Of a stretch of DNA of 64,000 nt, positions 38,894 to 51,167 are shown in pieces. Made by a program: the position numbers and the translations under genes. The first letter of the stretch is position 1, and each line of letters opens with the position of its first letter. The notes beneath the pieces were generated by a model that was given only the letters and a program-made list of their open reading frames with translations, did no database searches and was not told where the DNA came from. The stretch comes from Myxococcota bacterium (lineage in GTDB: Bacteria; Myxococcota_A; SURF-8; G963663525), in NCBI GenBank assembly GCA_963676915.2, contig CAXXVK010000052.1:1-64000 (forward strand), given 5' to 3'.

Positions 38894-38908
38894 AATCCGA
38901 CTCACCCC

Positions 38909-38938
38909 TTACGGCGGTTTTTGCTAAAACCGCCGTAA
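38909..38938. terminator. Perfect 13-bp hairpin, possible terminator
   Basis: TTACGGCGGTTTT-TGCT-AAAACCGCCGTAA followed by T-rich sequence. Confidence 0.6.
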
Positions 38939-39016
38939 CTTTATAGTTCTTTCCAGCTTTGGCTTTCTTTTTGCAAATTCATTCCGTATTTGGATGTTCA
39001 CGGGATGGATCACAAC

Positions 39017-39898
39017 ATGACAACGGCTGCGGAAAAGACTGGCGGACACGGCGTAGAAGCGCTCCATATTCTTCCACTGATCGACTGGTTTACGGCTTCG
39101 GAAAAACTGACGGGTGAAGCAGGAGTTTCCTATCTCTTGCGTACAGGTGAAGCGACCATTCTATTTGACGTGGGGTTCAATCCATCCGGTGAGCATCCTT
39201 CCGCTTTATTACGAAATATGAAAGAACTCGGGGTCGAGTTGGAAAGTATCGACGCCCTTGTCATCTCCCACTTGCATCTCGACCACGTAGGCGGCATCGT
39301 TCCGCAACGGAAAAAAACCTTCCGTCTCTCGGGTGAGCCAGTGGAACGCAGCGAGTGGAAAGGCTACGTTCCGACCGATATGCATCACCCTGTGGTCCCT
39401 CTCCAACAGGTTGAAACTCTTACGGAAATCTTTCCTGATGTCTTCGTGCTTCCCCCTTTGGAACGCGACTTGTGGTTGATGGGAACCATCCGGGAAATGA
39501 CGCTGGCGGTTCGCATCAAAGATTTTGGATTCGTGTTGGTTATCGGCTGCGGACATCCCACCGTTCCACGAATCCTGGAACAAGCCAGGCATGAACTCGG
39601 AGAAATGCCCGTCGCCGTTGTGGGTGGTCTTCATTTCCCTGTCGACGGTTCCCGTATCCGCAAATTCGGCATTCCACTGCAAAAATACCTGGGAACCGGT
39701 CCTCGCCCTATCCCTACTCTCAAGGTGGAAGATGCCCGCGAAGCCGCCGAGCACCTGCTTCGTTGCGAAGTAAAACAAGTCGTTCTTTCCGGTCACGATA
39801 CATCGGACATCGGTATCGAGGTTTTCCGGGAAGTATTGAACGACCGGTTGTCGATTATTCAAGTCGGCAAAACCGAGACGTTTTCGTCCGTCTCTTGA
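39017..39898 (+). CDS. MBL-fold metallo-hydrolase
   Basis: LFDVG, SHLHLDHVGG, GCGHP, GGLH, GHDT. Confidence 0.88.
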   Translation: MTTAAEKTGGHGVEALHILPLIDWFTASEKLTGEAGVSYLLRTGEATILFDVGFNPSGEHPSALLRNMKELGVELESIDALVISHLHLDHVGGIVPQRKKTFRLSGEPVERSEWKGYVPTDMHHPVVPLQQVETLTEIFPDVFVLPPLERDLWLMGTIREMTLAVRIKDFGFVLVIGCGHPTVPRILEQARHELGEMPVAVVGGLHFPVDGSRIRKFGIPLQKYLGTGPRPIPTLKVEDAREAAEHLLRCEVKQVVLSGHDTSDIGIEVFREVLNDRLSIIQVGKTETFSSVS

Positions 39899-40005
39899 CC
39901 GGCAAAACGTTCCATAAATGAAACACTGTCACAGTAACAGTCTCGTTCCGTGCAACACTCTGTCTTTCAAATCGTGCAATTGATGGATTATCTTTCAAGA
40001 TTTTT

Positions 40006-40021
40006 TGGCACAAGGCATGCA
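40006..40021 (+). promoter_or_regulatory. Sigma54 (-24/-12) promoter
   Basis: TGGCAC-AAGGC-ATGCA with exact GG-N10-GC spacing; AT-rich upstream. Confidence 0.75.
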
Positions 40022-40065
40022 AATTCATTGTTGCGGATATTGTCAAACCTGAGCGAGTGTACCGA

Positions 40066-40488
40066 ATGAATGTCGCCATTGCCCTATTTGGAAACGAAAT
40101 CTCACCTCGGCTGGATTGCTGCACGAGTCTGGCTTTCGTTTCGCTGGAGGGCGATTGGAGCGACGCGGAACGAATCGATTTCAACAGCCAGGAAGATTTT
40201 CGGCGGCTGGAAATTCTCCTCGACAGGAAAACCGACAAACTTTTATGCGGTGGCATTCGTCGCCGCGACTGGATGCTGCTGAGCGGTTCGGGCGTGGAAA
40301 TCCTCGCGAACCTGACCGGCAGCGCGCAACTACGGTTTCAGGAGTTGAAATCGGGGTTGCTGATACCGGTACTTCCGTCCTGGAAACGGGCGGGCGGTCC
40401 GTGCCGACATAGGCAGGGACGAAACAGACAAGGAGGGCAATCATGCCGGGATATGACAAAACGGGGCCGCAAGGCCAGGGGCCGATGA
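40066..40488 (+). CDS. NifB/NifX (dinitrogenase FeMo-cofactor) domain protein
   Basis: VAI.....ISPRLD, LLCGGI, Gly/Arg-rich tail. Confidence 0.8.
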   Translation: MNVAIALFGNEISPRLDCCTSLAFVSLEGDWSDAERIDFNSQEDFRRLEILLDRKTDKLLCGGIRRRDWMLLSGSGVEILANLTGSAQLRFQELKSGLLIPVLPSWKRAGGPCRHRQGRNRQGGQSCRDMTKRGRKARGR

Positions 40489-40703
40489 CGGGACGAGGCT
40501 TGGGACGCTGTCAAAACGATGGGGAAATTCCCACTCCCGATAAAAACCAGACCGACGAAAACGGAAATCTGCTGGGAGTAGGACGCGGAGGTCGTCCACG
40601 AGGTGGCGGTATGGGTCGCTGCCGAGGCGGTCGCGGACAGGGACGCGGCCAAGGCAGAGGTCAAGGTGGCGGACGAGGCCAAGGCAGGGGAGGCCGTCGC
40701 TGA
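40443..40703 (+). CDS. DUF5320 family Gly/Arg-rich protein
   Basis: MPGYDKTGPQGQGPMTGRGLGRC; AAGGAGG RBS. Confidence 0.9.
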   Translation: MPGYDKTGPQGQGPMTGRGLGRCQNDGEIPTPDKNQTDENGNLLGVGRGGRPRGGGMGRCRGGRGQGRGQGRGQGGGRGQGRGGRR

Positions 40704-40729
40704 TTCTCGCTTCGAACGTCGCTAAAACG

Positions 40730-40763
40730 AAAAATCCCGGATACAAACATCCGGGATTTTTTT
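40730..40763. terminator. Bidirectional terminator
   Basis: AAAAATCCCGGAT...ATCCGGGATTTTTTT. Confidence 0.85.
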
Positions 40764-40777
40764 ATAACTTCAAAATG

Positions 40778-41952
40778 TTACCGACGGATTTTCAAATCCG
40801 ACAAGGGATAACTGACGCAGCTATGAATGTAGCCCTGCTCCCGGTCGGATTGCCGAATTCCCGTATCCGGCGGCATATAGACCTTTCCTTCCAACAGCTT
40901 TATCCGACAATGACTGCATTCGCCCGAACGACATAACGCAGGCGTCTTGACTCCATGACGTTCCAGCGAATTGATCAACGGTTCTCCGGCTGTTGCTTCT
41001 ATCGTCGGTCCGTTCTCTACCTGCACGGAAAACACGTCGGTTTTCTTGATATCTTCGGGCCATCCAGGCATGGAGGCTGGATTTTCGGGCGGTCCGTAGG
41101 CTTCTTTTCGGATCTTGTGACCGGGAATTTCCAACTCGCGCAGTTCTTGTAAAACGAAATCATACATTGCGTTCGGTCCGCAGAGCATGAACGTGCAGCC
41201 TTCGAGATTCCCGACATGCTTGCGAATCAGATCGGCGGTCAAAAAACCTCTGACGCCCTTGTATTCCTCTTCCGGTTCCGACAGCACAAGCGCGTAATTG
41301 AAACGCGGGTTGTCCTTCGAAAACGCATCGAGTTCCCCGGCAAATACCGTGTCGGCGAGAGTACGGCTTCCGTAGAGCATGTGAATCTTCACCGGCCAGT
41401 TTTTCGAAGCGTGATCTCTCAACAAGCTCATAAACGGTGTAATCCCGCTGCCTCCGGCCAGAAACACAAGGTCACCCCGATCGATCAACGGTTCGTGATA
41501 GAACTGCCCGGCGGGACCGGTCGAAACCATTTCGTCACCGACCTTCACACGCTCAAGCAAAAATCCAGAGACAAAGCCGTCGGGCTTTCTTCGCACGGTC
41601 AGGTCCAGGGTTTCACTTCCCGGTGCGGAAGAAATACTGTAGGGACGGCTGGTATGTACGCCATCGATTTCCACAAACAGATTGACGTATTGCCCAGCAC
41701 GAAACGGCGGAAATTCCCCATCCAGACGCTCGAAACGGAAGGTCTTCGTGCTTGCGGTTTCTTCTATGATTTCAACGACTTTGATTTTCATGTACGACGG
41801 ATGCAGGCGTTGCACCACCCGACGAACAGAGTTTCTGTAGTCGTCGGAGGTGTAATCCGGTCCTTCGGCATCGCGGACGCGACGGGAGCGAAGATTCATT
41901 GGGTCACGTAACGGCCGAGATCTTCCAGCCAGTGAACGAATTCGGAGGCCAT
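40778..41952 (-). CDS. FAD/NAD-binding oxidoreductase with C-terminal 2Fe-2S domain (Hcr/PaaE-like); frameshift near 41900
   Basis: FRAGQY, RPYSISS, AGGSGITP, CGP, CRSGECSHC..C; RBS and ATG at 41952 lie in another frame. Confidence 0.85.
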
Positions 41953-41967
41953 ATCGGGTTCCTTTGC

Positions 41968-43502
41968 TCAGTGGGTTCGAGGTTTCGATTTCATGGCGAT
42001 CATCCGGCCCGCGATCTGCCCGGAAAGCATGGCAGGAGAATACCCGCCGCCCGGCTTGCACCAGGCACCGACGAAAAACAGCCCTTTTTTCGGCCCCTGC
42101 GGATTCAGACGTAAAATCGTATGGTTATACGGAGTGTTGTTGAAACCGTAAATCGCGCCTCCAAGCGTGTTGGCGTATCGCATGTTGGTAATCGGCGTTG
42201 ACACTTCGACCACTTCGATGCTGTCCCGCAATCCGGGAACCACCGTCTCGGCACGGTCGATCATGAAATCCGCTACTGCGTTCTTTCGGTCAACATATTC
42301 ATCGGGCGGAATCTCCATCCAGGGTTTTCCATACAACAAGGCGGTCAGCACAGAAATCGATGTGCCCGGCGGGGAGATATCGGGCCAGACCGAATTGTAA
42401 AACGTAAGCGCGATTTCGCCCGGATTTCCAGCTTCGTGGAACTTTTCGTAGTCTTTTTCGTAATCGTAGCTGGAATTGATGAAAATTTCGTGATCGTCCA
42501 GTCCGAAATCCTCTACCGTCTTGGTCGCAGGCAATGTAGACATTGAACGACGAGGGCGCGAGATCGTTGACCCGAAGTCCATCCATGTAGGAACGAGGAA
42601 CGTTTTCCAGCCCGACGAGATCCACACAGGTGGAAATCGGGTCGGCATTGGAAACCACGATGTCCGCACGGTATTCCTCACCCGTTTCGGTACGAACGCC
42701 GACAACGCGGTCTCCCTGGGTAAGGATTTTCTCTGCCCCGCAAAGGAAACGAACCTCGCCGCCGAGTTCCTCGAAACGTTCGATAAAAGCATTGGAAAGC
42801 GCTTGTGAACGACCCTTGGGATAGGTCGCACCCAAAGTGATGTAAGAACCAAGTGCCAGCGCGAAATAGAAAAACGATACCTTTGCCGGAGGAAGCCGAA
42901 ATACCCCCAATACTGTGAAATCACGGCTCGCGCTTCGGGACTTTCACATCACGGTTGAGCACCTCACCCCCACGTCGCGAAAAAGTAGCGTGGCAGGCTT
43001 CGGATCTTGAATGGCAACTCTGCGATTTTTTTGAGGTTTTCAGGGAAACGAGCATATTGCAGAGCATCGAGCGTACCGACTTCGGATGTCAACCGGTAGA
43101 TGCGATTCATGAAACGACGAATACCGTCCGCATCGTAGGGAAACGCATCGCATAAACGTTTCGACATACGCGGTTTTTCCCATAGGAAGCGTAATGTCCA
43201 GTTCGGGGAAAACCGAGCGGTAGAGATAGGGGATGGTCAGGAAGTCGAGTTTCTCCAACACGCCCAGGTATTTCAGATAGGAGCGTAGCGCTCCGGGTGA
43301 CTGTTCCGTGCCGATGTCGGACAACTCGTGCAACGCTACCTCGAATTCGATGCGTCCACGAACGAACGTCGTCGCGTAACCACCCGGAATATTGTGCTTT
43401 TCAAGCAACAATGTCCGATACCCTTTTCGGGCCAGAAACGTGGACACGGGACAAGCCGCCCAAACCCGCTCCAATGACAATCGCATCGTATGTTCCCGTC
43501 AT
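41968..43502 (-). pseudogene. Phytoene desaturase-like FAD oxidoreductase, multiply frameshifted (likely sequencing error)
   Basis: YDAIVIGAGLGG, LEKHNIPGG, YPKG.SQAL, STPIT..RY, GAIYG, VGAW..PGGG spread over at least 5 frame segments. Confidence 0.8.
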
Positions 43503-43757
43503 AACCGCACTTTCTCTGGAATGCGCAACGAACCGAAGCGTTTCCCACAGAAGGAATCTTCCGGTCATCGAAGTATTGCGCGTTTTTCAGAACCCTGGAA
43601 ACGTTACCTTTTCCATGAAAACCGTGGGAAGGTCATCTGTCAAGAAAGAATTTCAGAGAGAGTTTTTCCATTTTTCCGGGGTGTGAATTAAAATGTGGAA
43701 AATGGTATTTTTTCGCACGAAATTCGTTGGTTCAGGTTTTCAACCTGAACCGAAACG

Positions 43758-43784
43758 TTTAGGGGCAGGATAAAATCCTGCCCC
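43758..43784 (+). repeat. Degenerate REP-like hairpin
   Basis: TTAG overlapping GGGGCAGGATAAAATCCTGCCCC; a second degenerate GTAGGTT..CCCGACA copy lies at about 43840-43866. Confidence 0.45.
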
Positions 43785-43900
43785 ATCATATCAAGAATTT
43801 CAGGGAGAGTTTTTCAAAAACGGCAGGGAGTCGGGATTCGTAGGTTAGGAGATTCTCCACCCGACAGAGAAAAATCAGGCTTTGGCAGGAAAATGCAATT

Positions 43901-44798
43901 TTATGACGGCTCCACCGTCCGGGTCGTTATCCAATTCCAATCGTCCACCGTGCAAAGCGCAATTCGGCGAACGGTTTCAAGCCCCAGACCTTTCAGGTGT
44001 ACACGCTCGCGAACCAGTGAATCACCGTTCTCCATGGCTTTCCTGGTCCATTCCAGGAATTCTTCGTCGATTCCCGGTCCGTTGTCCCGCACTTCCAGAC
44101 AACGCCGTCATCCTCGGAAAACAGATGAAAATACACCTGTTTTTGCTCTCCGCCATGTTCGATCACGTTGCTTAACAACTGCTCGACCGCTACCAGCAAC
44201 AACTCGGGATGATGCCGTACGACCCCATCGCCGAAATCGTTACTCCATTCGAGTGGCAATCCTCGAAACGCCACCAAGGGACGGTTGCGGTCGATAGCCT
44301 GATCTATCGTCAGACCTAGAGGGAGTTCGGGCAACTCTACGGTGGCGGGAATGTCCCGCAACATGAACAATCCCAACACGTTACGGCCTCAAACGGCCAA
44401 GTGAGGCAACTTCGTGTTCGGCACTCACCAGTCTTGGCGTTACGTCTCCACCTTTGGAAAGGTCAAGTTTTGCCGCCTCAAGATCCAATTGCAAACGTTG
44501 CAATGGAGTTTTCATGGCGTGACCCAACGTGGCGGTCAGGGACTCGATTTCCTCCATCGTGCGGTCCCGTAGCGCCCTTACGTTGAACAACAGGGCATAG
44601 CTCCACACAACCATTCCCGACAACAACCAGACCGCCAGACAAACCAAGAGCAGCACGGGCAACCATGCCACACGCTCTCCGGGATGATCGATGGAAAATC
44701 AGGGCAACCGACACGATCACAGGCAACAGATCTACACTACCCACGATCAACGCGAGTTTCCAAAAAGATTTCGTACGTTTGAGTTTGCCTTCACTCAT
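43901..44798 (-). pseudogene. Sensor histidine kinase, frameshifted
   Basis: Two TMs; H-box LGHAMKTPL; N-box LLSNVIEH; DNGPG and GLGL in separate frames. Confidence 0.75.
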
Positions 44799-44845
44799 CG
44801 AGAGAAAATCCCTGATGTCAAACCGATGTTCTTTCTATGAAATCG

Positions 44846-45605
44846 CTACGTTCTTTCTTCTTTTTCGGCCCCATCGTGCGGGAATAAAATCCGGCGGGGA
44901 ACAAGCAGGCCGTCCTCATCGCCAATTGCATCGGCAACGGGAATTCGATATGCAGCGCTCCGGCCTGGATTTTTTTTGTGGATATAACGGGCCGCTTTCT
45001 CGGCAGGCCATAGAAACGGTAGTGGCTCTTTGTTGACCTTGGTCATCGGTGTATCGACGAACCCCGGACAAATATTGATGAAACGGATATCCGAGCGCGG
45101 TGAGCGTCAACGAAAGCCTTCGATCATCACCCGTACCGCGCTTTGCTGGCTGCATAGGCCGGGCTTTGAGGCAAACCTCGGTATCCAGCCAACGAACTGA
45201 CGGCAGCGATTACCGTGTTTTCGGCATCCCGATAATGGGGATACAAAGCGGAAACCCAGTTCAACACCCCGAAATAATTGGTTTCGAAGGTCCGCCGATG
45301 CAAATCGACATCCACTTCGGTTCGCTTGTCGAGTTCGCCGATTCCGGCATTCAAAATCGCGATTCTCGGAACAGAGTCAAGTTGCTCCACGACGCGGTTC
45401 ACTGCATCGCTATCCGTCGTGTCACAAACCATAGTACGAGAAATTCTCGCCGAGTTCTTCTTTGAGCGCCAGCAGTTTTTCTTCCCCGCCGGGCGACTCC
45501 CACCACCCGGTGATTTCTCCGGGCGTATTCTCGGCTCAAAGCTTCCCCGATTCCCGAGGAAGCCCCGGTGATCAGTACTCCGTCCCGATCCAGCGATTTC
45601 GCCAT
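44846..45605 (-). pseudogene. SDR family oxidoreductase, frameshifted
   Basis: ITGASSGIG, LNAG, SSLAG, YAASK across fragments. Confidence 0.82.
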
Positions 45606-45618
45606 ATCATCCGTCCTT

Positions 45619-48600
45619 TCAGTCCTCATACGGCTGGCGTAATGATCTTCGTTGAAAAGTCACAGCTACTGTCGGAGAGGCAACGATGGTCCACAGTTCC
45701 TTGCCGTGAGTCTGGAAATACCGCCCGACCATGTTGATCATGTGTTGATCGATATCATACTGCTTGTACGGAGCCGGAACCACGAAACCGTGCGCTCCTT
45801 CCATTTCCAGGTAAGGAATACGCATGGCGGAAACGCCATATGGACTTACCCACTTGCCGTCGCCCTCGTCCGTAAGTTTTTCGAAGGTCGGTTCCCGATC
45901 CATACGACTTTCCGTCACGTCCCACGGACGGCTTTCCACCGTAGCCCGAAGAGGCGTTCCCGCATTGGGAGCACCAAAGACATCAAGATCGTTGTCCAGA
46001 TTGTCCGCATCGAAGTTGATGAACGCGGCTCATTGAAACAACTGTTGTCGAAGTAATTCAGACCTTCGATGGCTTCCAGACTTTTCGATTTGATCAAAAG
46101 GTCATTTTCGGAATAACTTCCGCCTTCACAGAACAATCCGTCCATTCCGGTCGCGGTTCGAACATTTCAATCATTCCGGCAGCACGGGCCACGTTGATCT
46201 CAACCGCCACCGGTACGTTCATATCACCGTTTGTGGGAATCACAAGATTGTTGACGTGTGGCGTCCAGCCTTCCCCTTCACGCGCCTTACGGAATTCATA
46301 CAGGGCAGCGTCCATCGGAACGTCACTGAAATCAAAGGGACGCTCGAACTGGTAGCGCATGTAGGCTACGGGGTCGGCCGGTTCGAGGATCATCGACGAA
46401 ATGTTCATCAGACGACGGAATTCGGGCGACTGCCTGACTTTTCCAAGACCATCCGCCGGGGACACCAGACGGTCGCCGGTTGATAGAAAAAGCCCTGGTA
46501 AAATCCACCGGGGAACGGCGCTCCATCGGTCACATCCAAATTCTGCGCCCAGGTATCGATAATTTCTTTTACGTGTCCGTCCTCGCCACGAAGTTCGATA
46601 TGGATCAGGTCGCCCATGCCGACGCATCGGGAATCCACTGCAATTCACTACGCAGGTGTACAGTCGCCGTTCTTCCTCGCCAAAGCGGCGATTTCTTCGT
46701 CCGTCAGGAGATGAACCGCTGCAAGCCATCGCGTTCGGCGACGATTTCTTCTACACCTCTGAAATACCACTCGTCGGCCATTCCCAGCGCGTGGCGTTTT
46801 TCCACACCGTCCAACGCATCGGCGGCATAGCCGGACACGGCAGGTGAGATTGTCATCCAGCACGCAGAACCATTCGTCGCCCGAAATCTCGTTGACCACC
46901 ACCACCCGGTCGCCAGGTACGGCGGGGTCCGTCGCTGTCGGCTTTGCTGCGAGCGAAATCCCGCATGAAATAGTCGTGTACGCCGTCGTTCGATCCCCAC
47001 CAGCGGGTATTGTCGGCACGATGAAGCCGAAAGACAACTGGTCGCTGTCCGCCACGGGTTGTGCAAAAACAAACGGTCCCATAAAGGAAAGGAACACAGC
47101 CTGGATTACGCCTTCCTGAATCGTGCGTAGACCTACGTCGATCAAACCGGCTCCTCCGGCCACCGGAGCAGCGGCCGTAATCGCCGGATCGGTCGGCGGA
47201 CAACAGCGCCGTGATGAAATCCGCCCAGCGACTGACCCCAGGGGTAGTAATCCTGGTTGGGACCACCGAAATCGGGGACACCATTGCCATCGAAGTCACC
47301 GGCGAGGGTCGTGAGCGTCAATCCCGGCGAAGTATTTCGAATCATCCTCGAAGGAACTTTTCGACCAGGAGGCGGAACCGTCGAAACTGCGCATAATACG
47401 AATAAATTGCATCGTATCGATAACCGACTGTCGCACGATGTCGCGAGTATGGAACGTATCGGCGGTCCAGAAGTCACCACCCGAGTCAGGAACACCATCG
47501 TTGGTTGAGATCCCGCGCACGTCCCGTCGAAAGGCTTTGAATCGCCGGACGAATGTACAATGAATCCAACAGACCGAGAACGACCGGATCTTCAAGGAAT
47601 TGCGGAGGAATCACCAATCCGTGCCCCACCGAATCGATACCGCAGGTCGCGATTCCGTAATAGGCCATCAGAGAGGCGAACACCAATGGCTTCGAAACGG
47701 TTGGTGGAATATCCGTGAGAATAGATGTTCACCGGGAAAGGCTGCTTGTAGTTCTCGGTTTCACGCGGAATCATGCACCACCATGTCACTTCGTCGTGAC
47801 CGACGTGGGCTTCCCCGGTTTTCGAATTGATACGGAACGATTCCTCGTTATCTCCAACGTAGGCATCGCTGTTGTATCCGTCCTGATCGTCCAGGAAATA
47901 CGGCACGTCGAAACGTCCCGAAAGGATGTGAGAAATGCTGTCCATCGTCTGAACCAGGTAGGTTACCGATTCGTCGGCGTGCTCGGGGCTGACGATTTCG
48001 CTCAACAACATATTTCCTGCGATTTCAAGCACTTGCTGTAGATTATCGATAGGAAGCAAATACTGGTTCCGTTCGTCGATGTCGGTTCCTTCCAGATCTT
48101 CCTCAAGCAGAGTAAGACGGTCGGCCTGAATGGTCGCCGGTAATTGCTCGGCCAGCCAGGCAAACGGTCCGACACCATACAGTCCCTTACGATCGCTACC
48201 AGATCCTTGGTCACGGTCTGCGTGGTGTAGCTCCAGGTGAAGGCTACGTCATCGAGAGACAACGTAACTTTCTTCAAGCTGGCGTCGCCTTCCATCGTAA
48301 ATCCTTCGGACAACACTTTTTTTAGCGGACTGAGTTCTTCGGTCTGCTTGACGTGATTGATGGTATTGAAAGGACTCCGAACAGGATTGCCTGCACCCGC
48401 CTCGCCGAGCAGGCGTTTGGTCAGCACCACCGCATAGGTGGTTTCTTCTTCCAGAGGAAGCAAGGGTTTGGCAATCAGCGTATTGCTTTCGTTTCTCGAA
48501 AAACGTGATCAACTCGCGCCATACGTCATCATTACTTTCCAGCGTATTGGGTTCATCAATCACCCCGTCTCCGTCGAGGTCGATTCCATCTACCGTCTCG

Positions 48601-49305
48601 TCATGGCTTTCGAACAGCAGGTTGGTGCCGTCGTAATGACTATCGCGGATTTCGTTGCGCCATACCGGATCACAATAATTGAAAAAGCCGGTGGATTCTT
48701 CACGAGTGTACGGCGGTTCTCCGTTGCTGGTCAGCGGAACCCAGTAATTGTCCTGCGTCCATGCTTCCTCGACACACAGGCCGCGTTCCTCGGTGTAGGG
48801 ATCGCCGGGAACCGGCTGCATCAAAACCGGGAAATTGCCCTGCCCCAGATCCAGCGGAATCGCCGTACCGAACTTTTCGCTGTTTGGATCGATATTGAGC
48901 AGATACATCACGTCGTTGGACGGTTCGAGGTTTGCATCGTGGTGCCGCTCGATGATGTTCTCCAGATCCAAAGGCCCCTCGAAAGGAACCGTGATCGGCT
49001 GGAAAATTCCGAAACCATTGAGATCAACGGCCTTTTCTCGCAAATCCCGCTCCAGGGCGGTCGGTGCGATTTTGCTGATATTGACTCGCCGACCGGTGGC
49101 CATGGATTCTCTCATGAATCGTCGCCAGATTGTTCGGGAAAGGGATTTCGGCAAAAGGTTTATGGTCGAAATCGAATTTCAGTCGCGGTCCATCGCCGGA
49201 AGAATCCGCCTGAGCCAGCCCCCCGCCGCTCTGGTCGCAGCCCATGGCCGCCAACAAAAGGAAAAGGATCGTTACTGCCTGAATTATTGGATTGATCGTT
49301 CTCAT
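45619..49305 (-). pseudogene. Large lipoprotein with Ig-like domain and alpha/beta hydrolase (lipase-like) domain, many frameshifts
   Basis: Lipobox AMGC; PFPNN, LNGFG, PLEEETTYAVVLT, HGY, GIDSVGHG, TRDIVRQSVID, GQSLGG, ADPVAY in about 10 fragments. Confidence 0.75.
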
Positions 49306-49362
49306 CGTTCGCCTGTTTTCCGTAAAGTCGTGTTTCAATTCCACCTTGTGATGGCTCCAGCC

Positions 49363-51111
49363 TTACCAGAGGACGCCCACGCGTCCTGTGACCTTGGAAA
49401 CGGGGTCCATTTCCACCCCTTGGGGACTGTTGAAGGCATCGCCCGGAAGGAAGTGAGCGAAATCCAGATTGACTTCGAAACGTACCAGTTCGCCTAGATC
49501 GTAGCTGTATCCGGCTCCGGCGTTGATTTCCAAACCGAGGTTTTTGCCGGGGTTTCATCGTTCCCCAGGTAAGAGGTCGGCGAGCCGCCGTTCTCGAAGG
49601 TCGGCCAGGGAGCCTGGAATTCCTCCGCCACACGAGCATACAACAAACCGAGTTTGAAGGTCGTACCCCATTTCGGAGGCTTGATTTTGAGGGTCGGATA
49701 CACGTAAAACGCATTCTGCACGCGCCCTTGGGACAACAACTGCTCGGTGCCTTTCGGGGGAGTGTTGCTGGCGTTCGGGATCGTATACCAGTGAAGCACC
49801 GCGAGCACTGACGGCCTCCATCACTTCGTCGAAAAGAATCATACCGACGTTGTAGTCGGGATCGAAAGAGAAGGCGTAGTTCGTCTCGTCGTAGGAATTT
49901 TTATCGCCGGAAGCATAGCCGACTTCGAACATCGGGACGATACCAAGCTCTGTGAAATCCATCCCCAGACGCCCAACGGCACCAAAAGCTTTCACATCGA
50001 TACCGTCCGGCGCTTCGTAATTGGTCACCCGGTCGGTGTGAGCCATCATGTAAACGCTTTCGAACGCCACCAACAACTGATAGGCCGGGCTACCGAGATC
50101 GATCTTGAAATCACCATAAAAATCGACGACATAGGCTTCCAGGGTGTCGCCGTCATCGTCCTCTTGGTTACGATATGCGAAATATCCGCCACCCTTGTAT
50201 TTCTCGGAAAAATACACCATCGAGGCTACCGCGCCCCAGGCCATATCGCCATCGAGCAACTCGGCGTTCTCATCCCGATAGGTCAGGTCCGCGCCAACCG
50301 CTACCAGCAGTTCCTTGGCCCATTTGGCATCGGTCGCCAAAGAGAACGGCGCGGTTACGAACATCAGCCGCTCGCTCAAATCGCCGTGGTATTTCTGTCC
50401 GAAACGGTCGTCATCGGGTTCGCCGTCGTTGGCAACGAGTCCCAATCCCCAGTTGGATGCCATCTGGCCACCTCGCAACAAACCGACCGGAGACATCCAT
50501 TCGAGGTACAGTTGCCGAAAATCGAACTTCGTGATGTCCGCCCCGTCGTGGCGATCCCGGCGTCGCAGGGCATCGGGATGTTTGAAACGAGCCGTATCCC
50601 CCCAAAGCTGACCCCGGAAAATGTCGAATTGCGACTTGATTTTAAGTTGGATATTCTCGAAGCGAATCCCAGGATTGACACGGAATTGGTGCTCGCCCCA
50701 CAGGCTTTGTCCAGCCGTGTTGCGGTCTTCGTCCACGGGGAATTCATCCATGAATTTGATCCACTGCCGATAAAAGCCCCCGTATTCCAACACAAGACCT
50801 TGGGCCAATTCCACTTCGCCTTTCGGAATCTTGTGGGGACGAATGGTCTTAACCGGTGCCGTTTCACGAACCTCAGCCGCTTCTTCTTCCACAACAGGAG
50901 TTTCCGGTTCGGCAACAACCGGTTCGTCCTCCACCTTTGGAGTTTCGGCAATCATTTCAACAGGTTCAGCAACAGGGGCACCCTCCGGTGCGGTTTCTTG
51001 CACAACAGCTTCGGAATTCGGAGAGACTTCCGTAGGCTGTGGCATCTCCTGTGCCGATAAAGAGCTATGGATAGCCAAAAAGAACAGTCCAACCAGAGCA
51101 AGCGTTCTCAT
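49363..51111 (-). CDS. Outer-membrane beta-barrel protein (alginate-export-like), two frameshifts near the 3' end
   Basis: Signal peptide, acidic linker, RQLYLEW, GQM..NWGLGL, GYASGD, FDPDYNV; rejoined frames end GRVGVLW (terminal aromatic). Confidence 0.75.
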
Positions 51112-51167
51112 CGTTCACCTTTCACATATAGTTACGTTTGGGTATCCTTATCGAAAAGTTTGCCGCT

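Noticed and set aside
41860-41952. In-frame TGA after MASEFVHWLEDLGRYVTQ as selenocysteine
   Set aside because: The read-through frame soon stops and the conserved protein continues in another frame, so it is a frameshift.
41890-49800. Programmed frameshifting or phase variation
   Set aside because: Too many breaks in unrelated genes, without long slippery tracts; error or decay is more economical.
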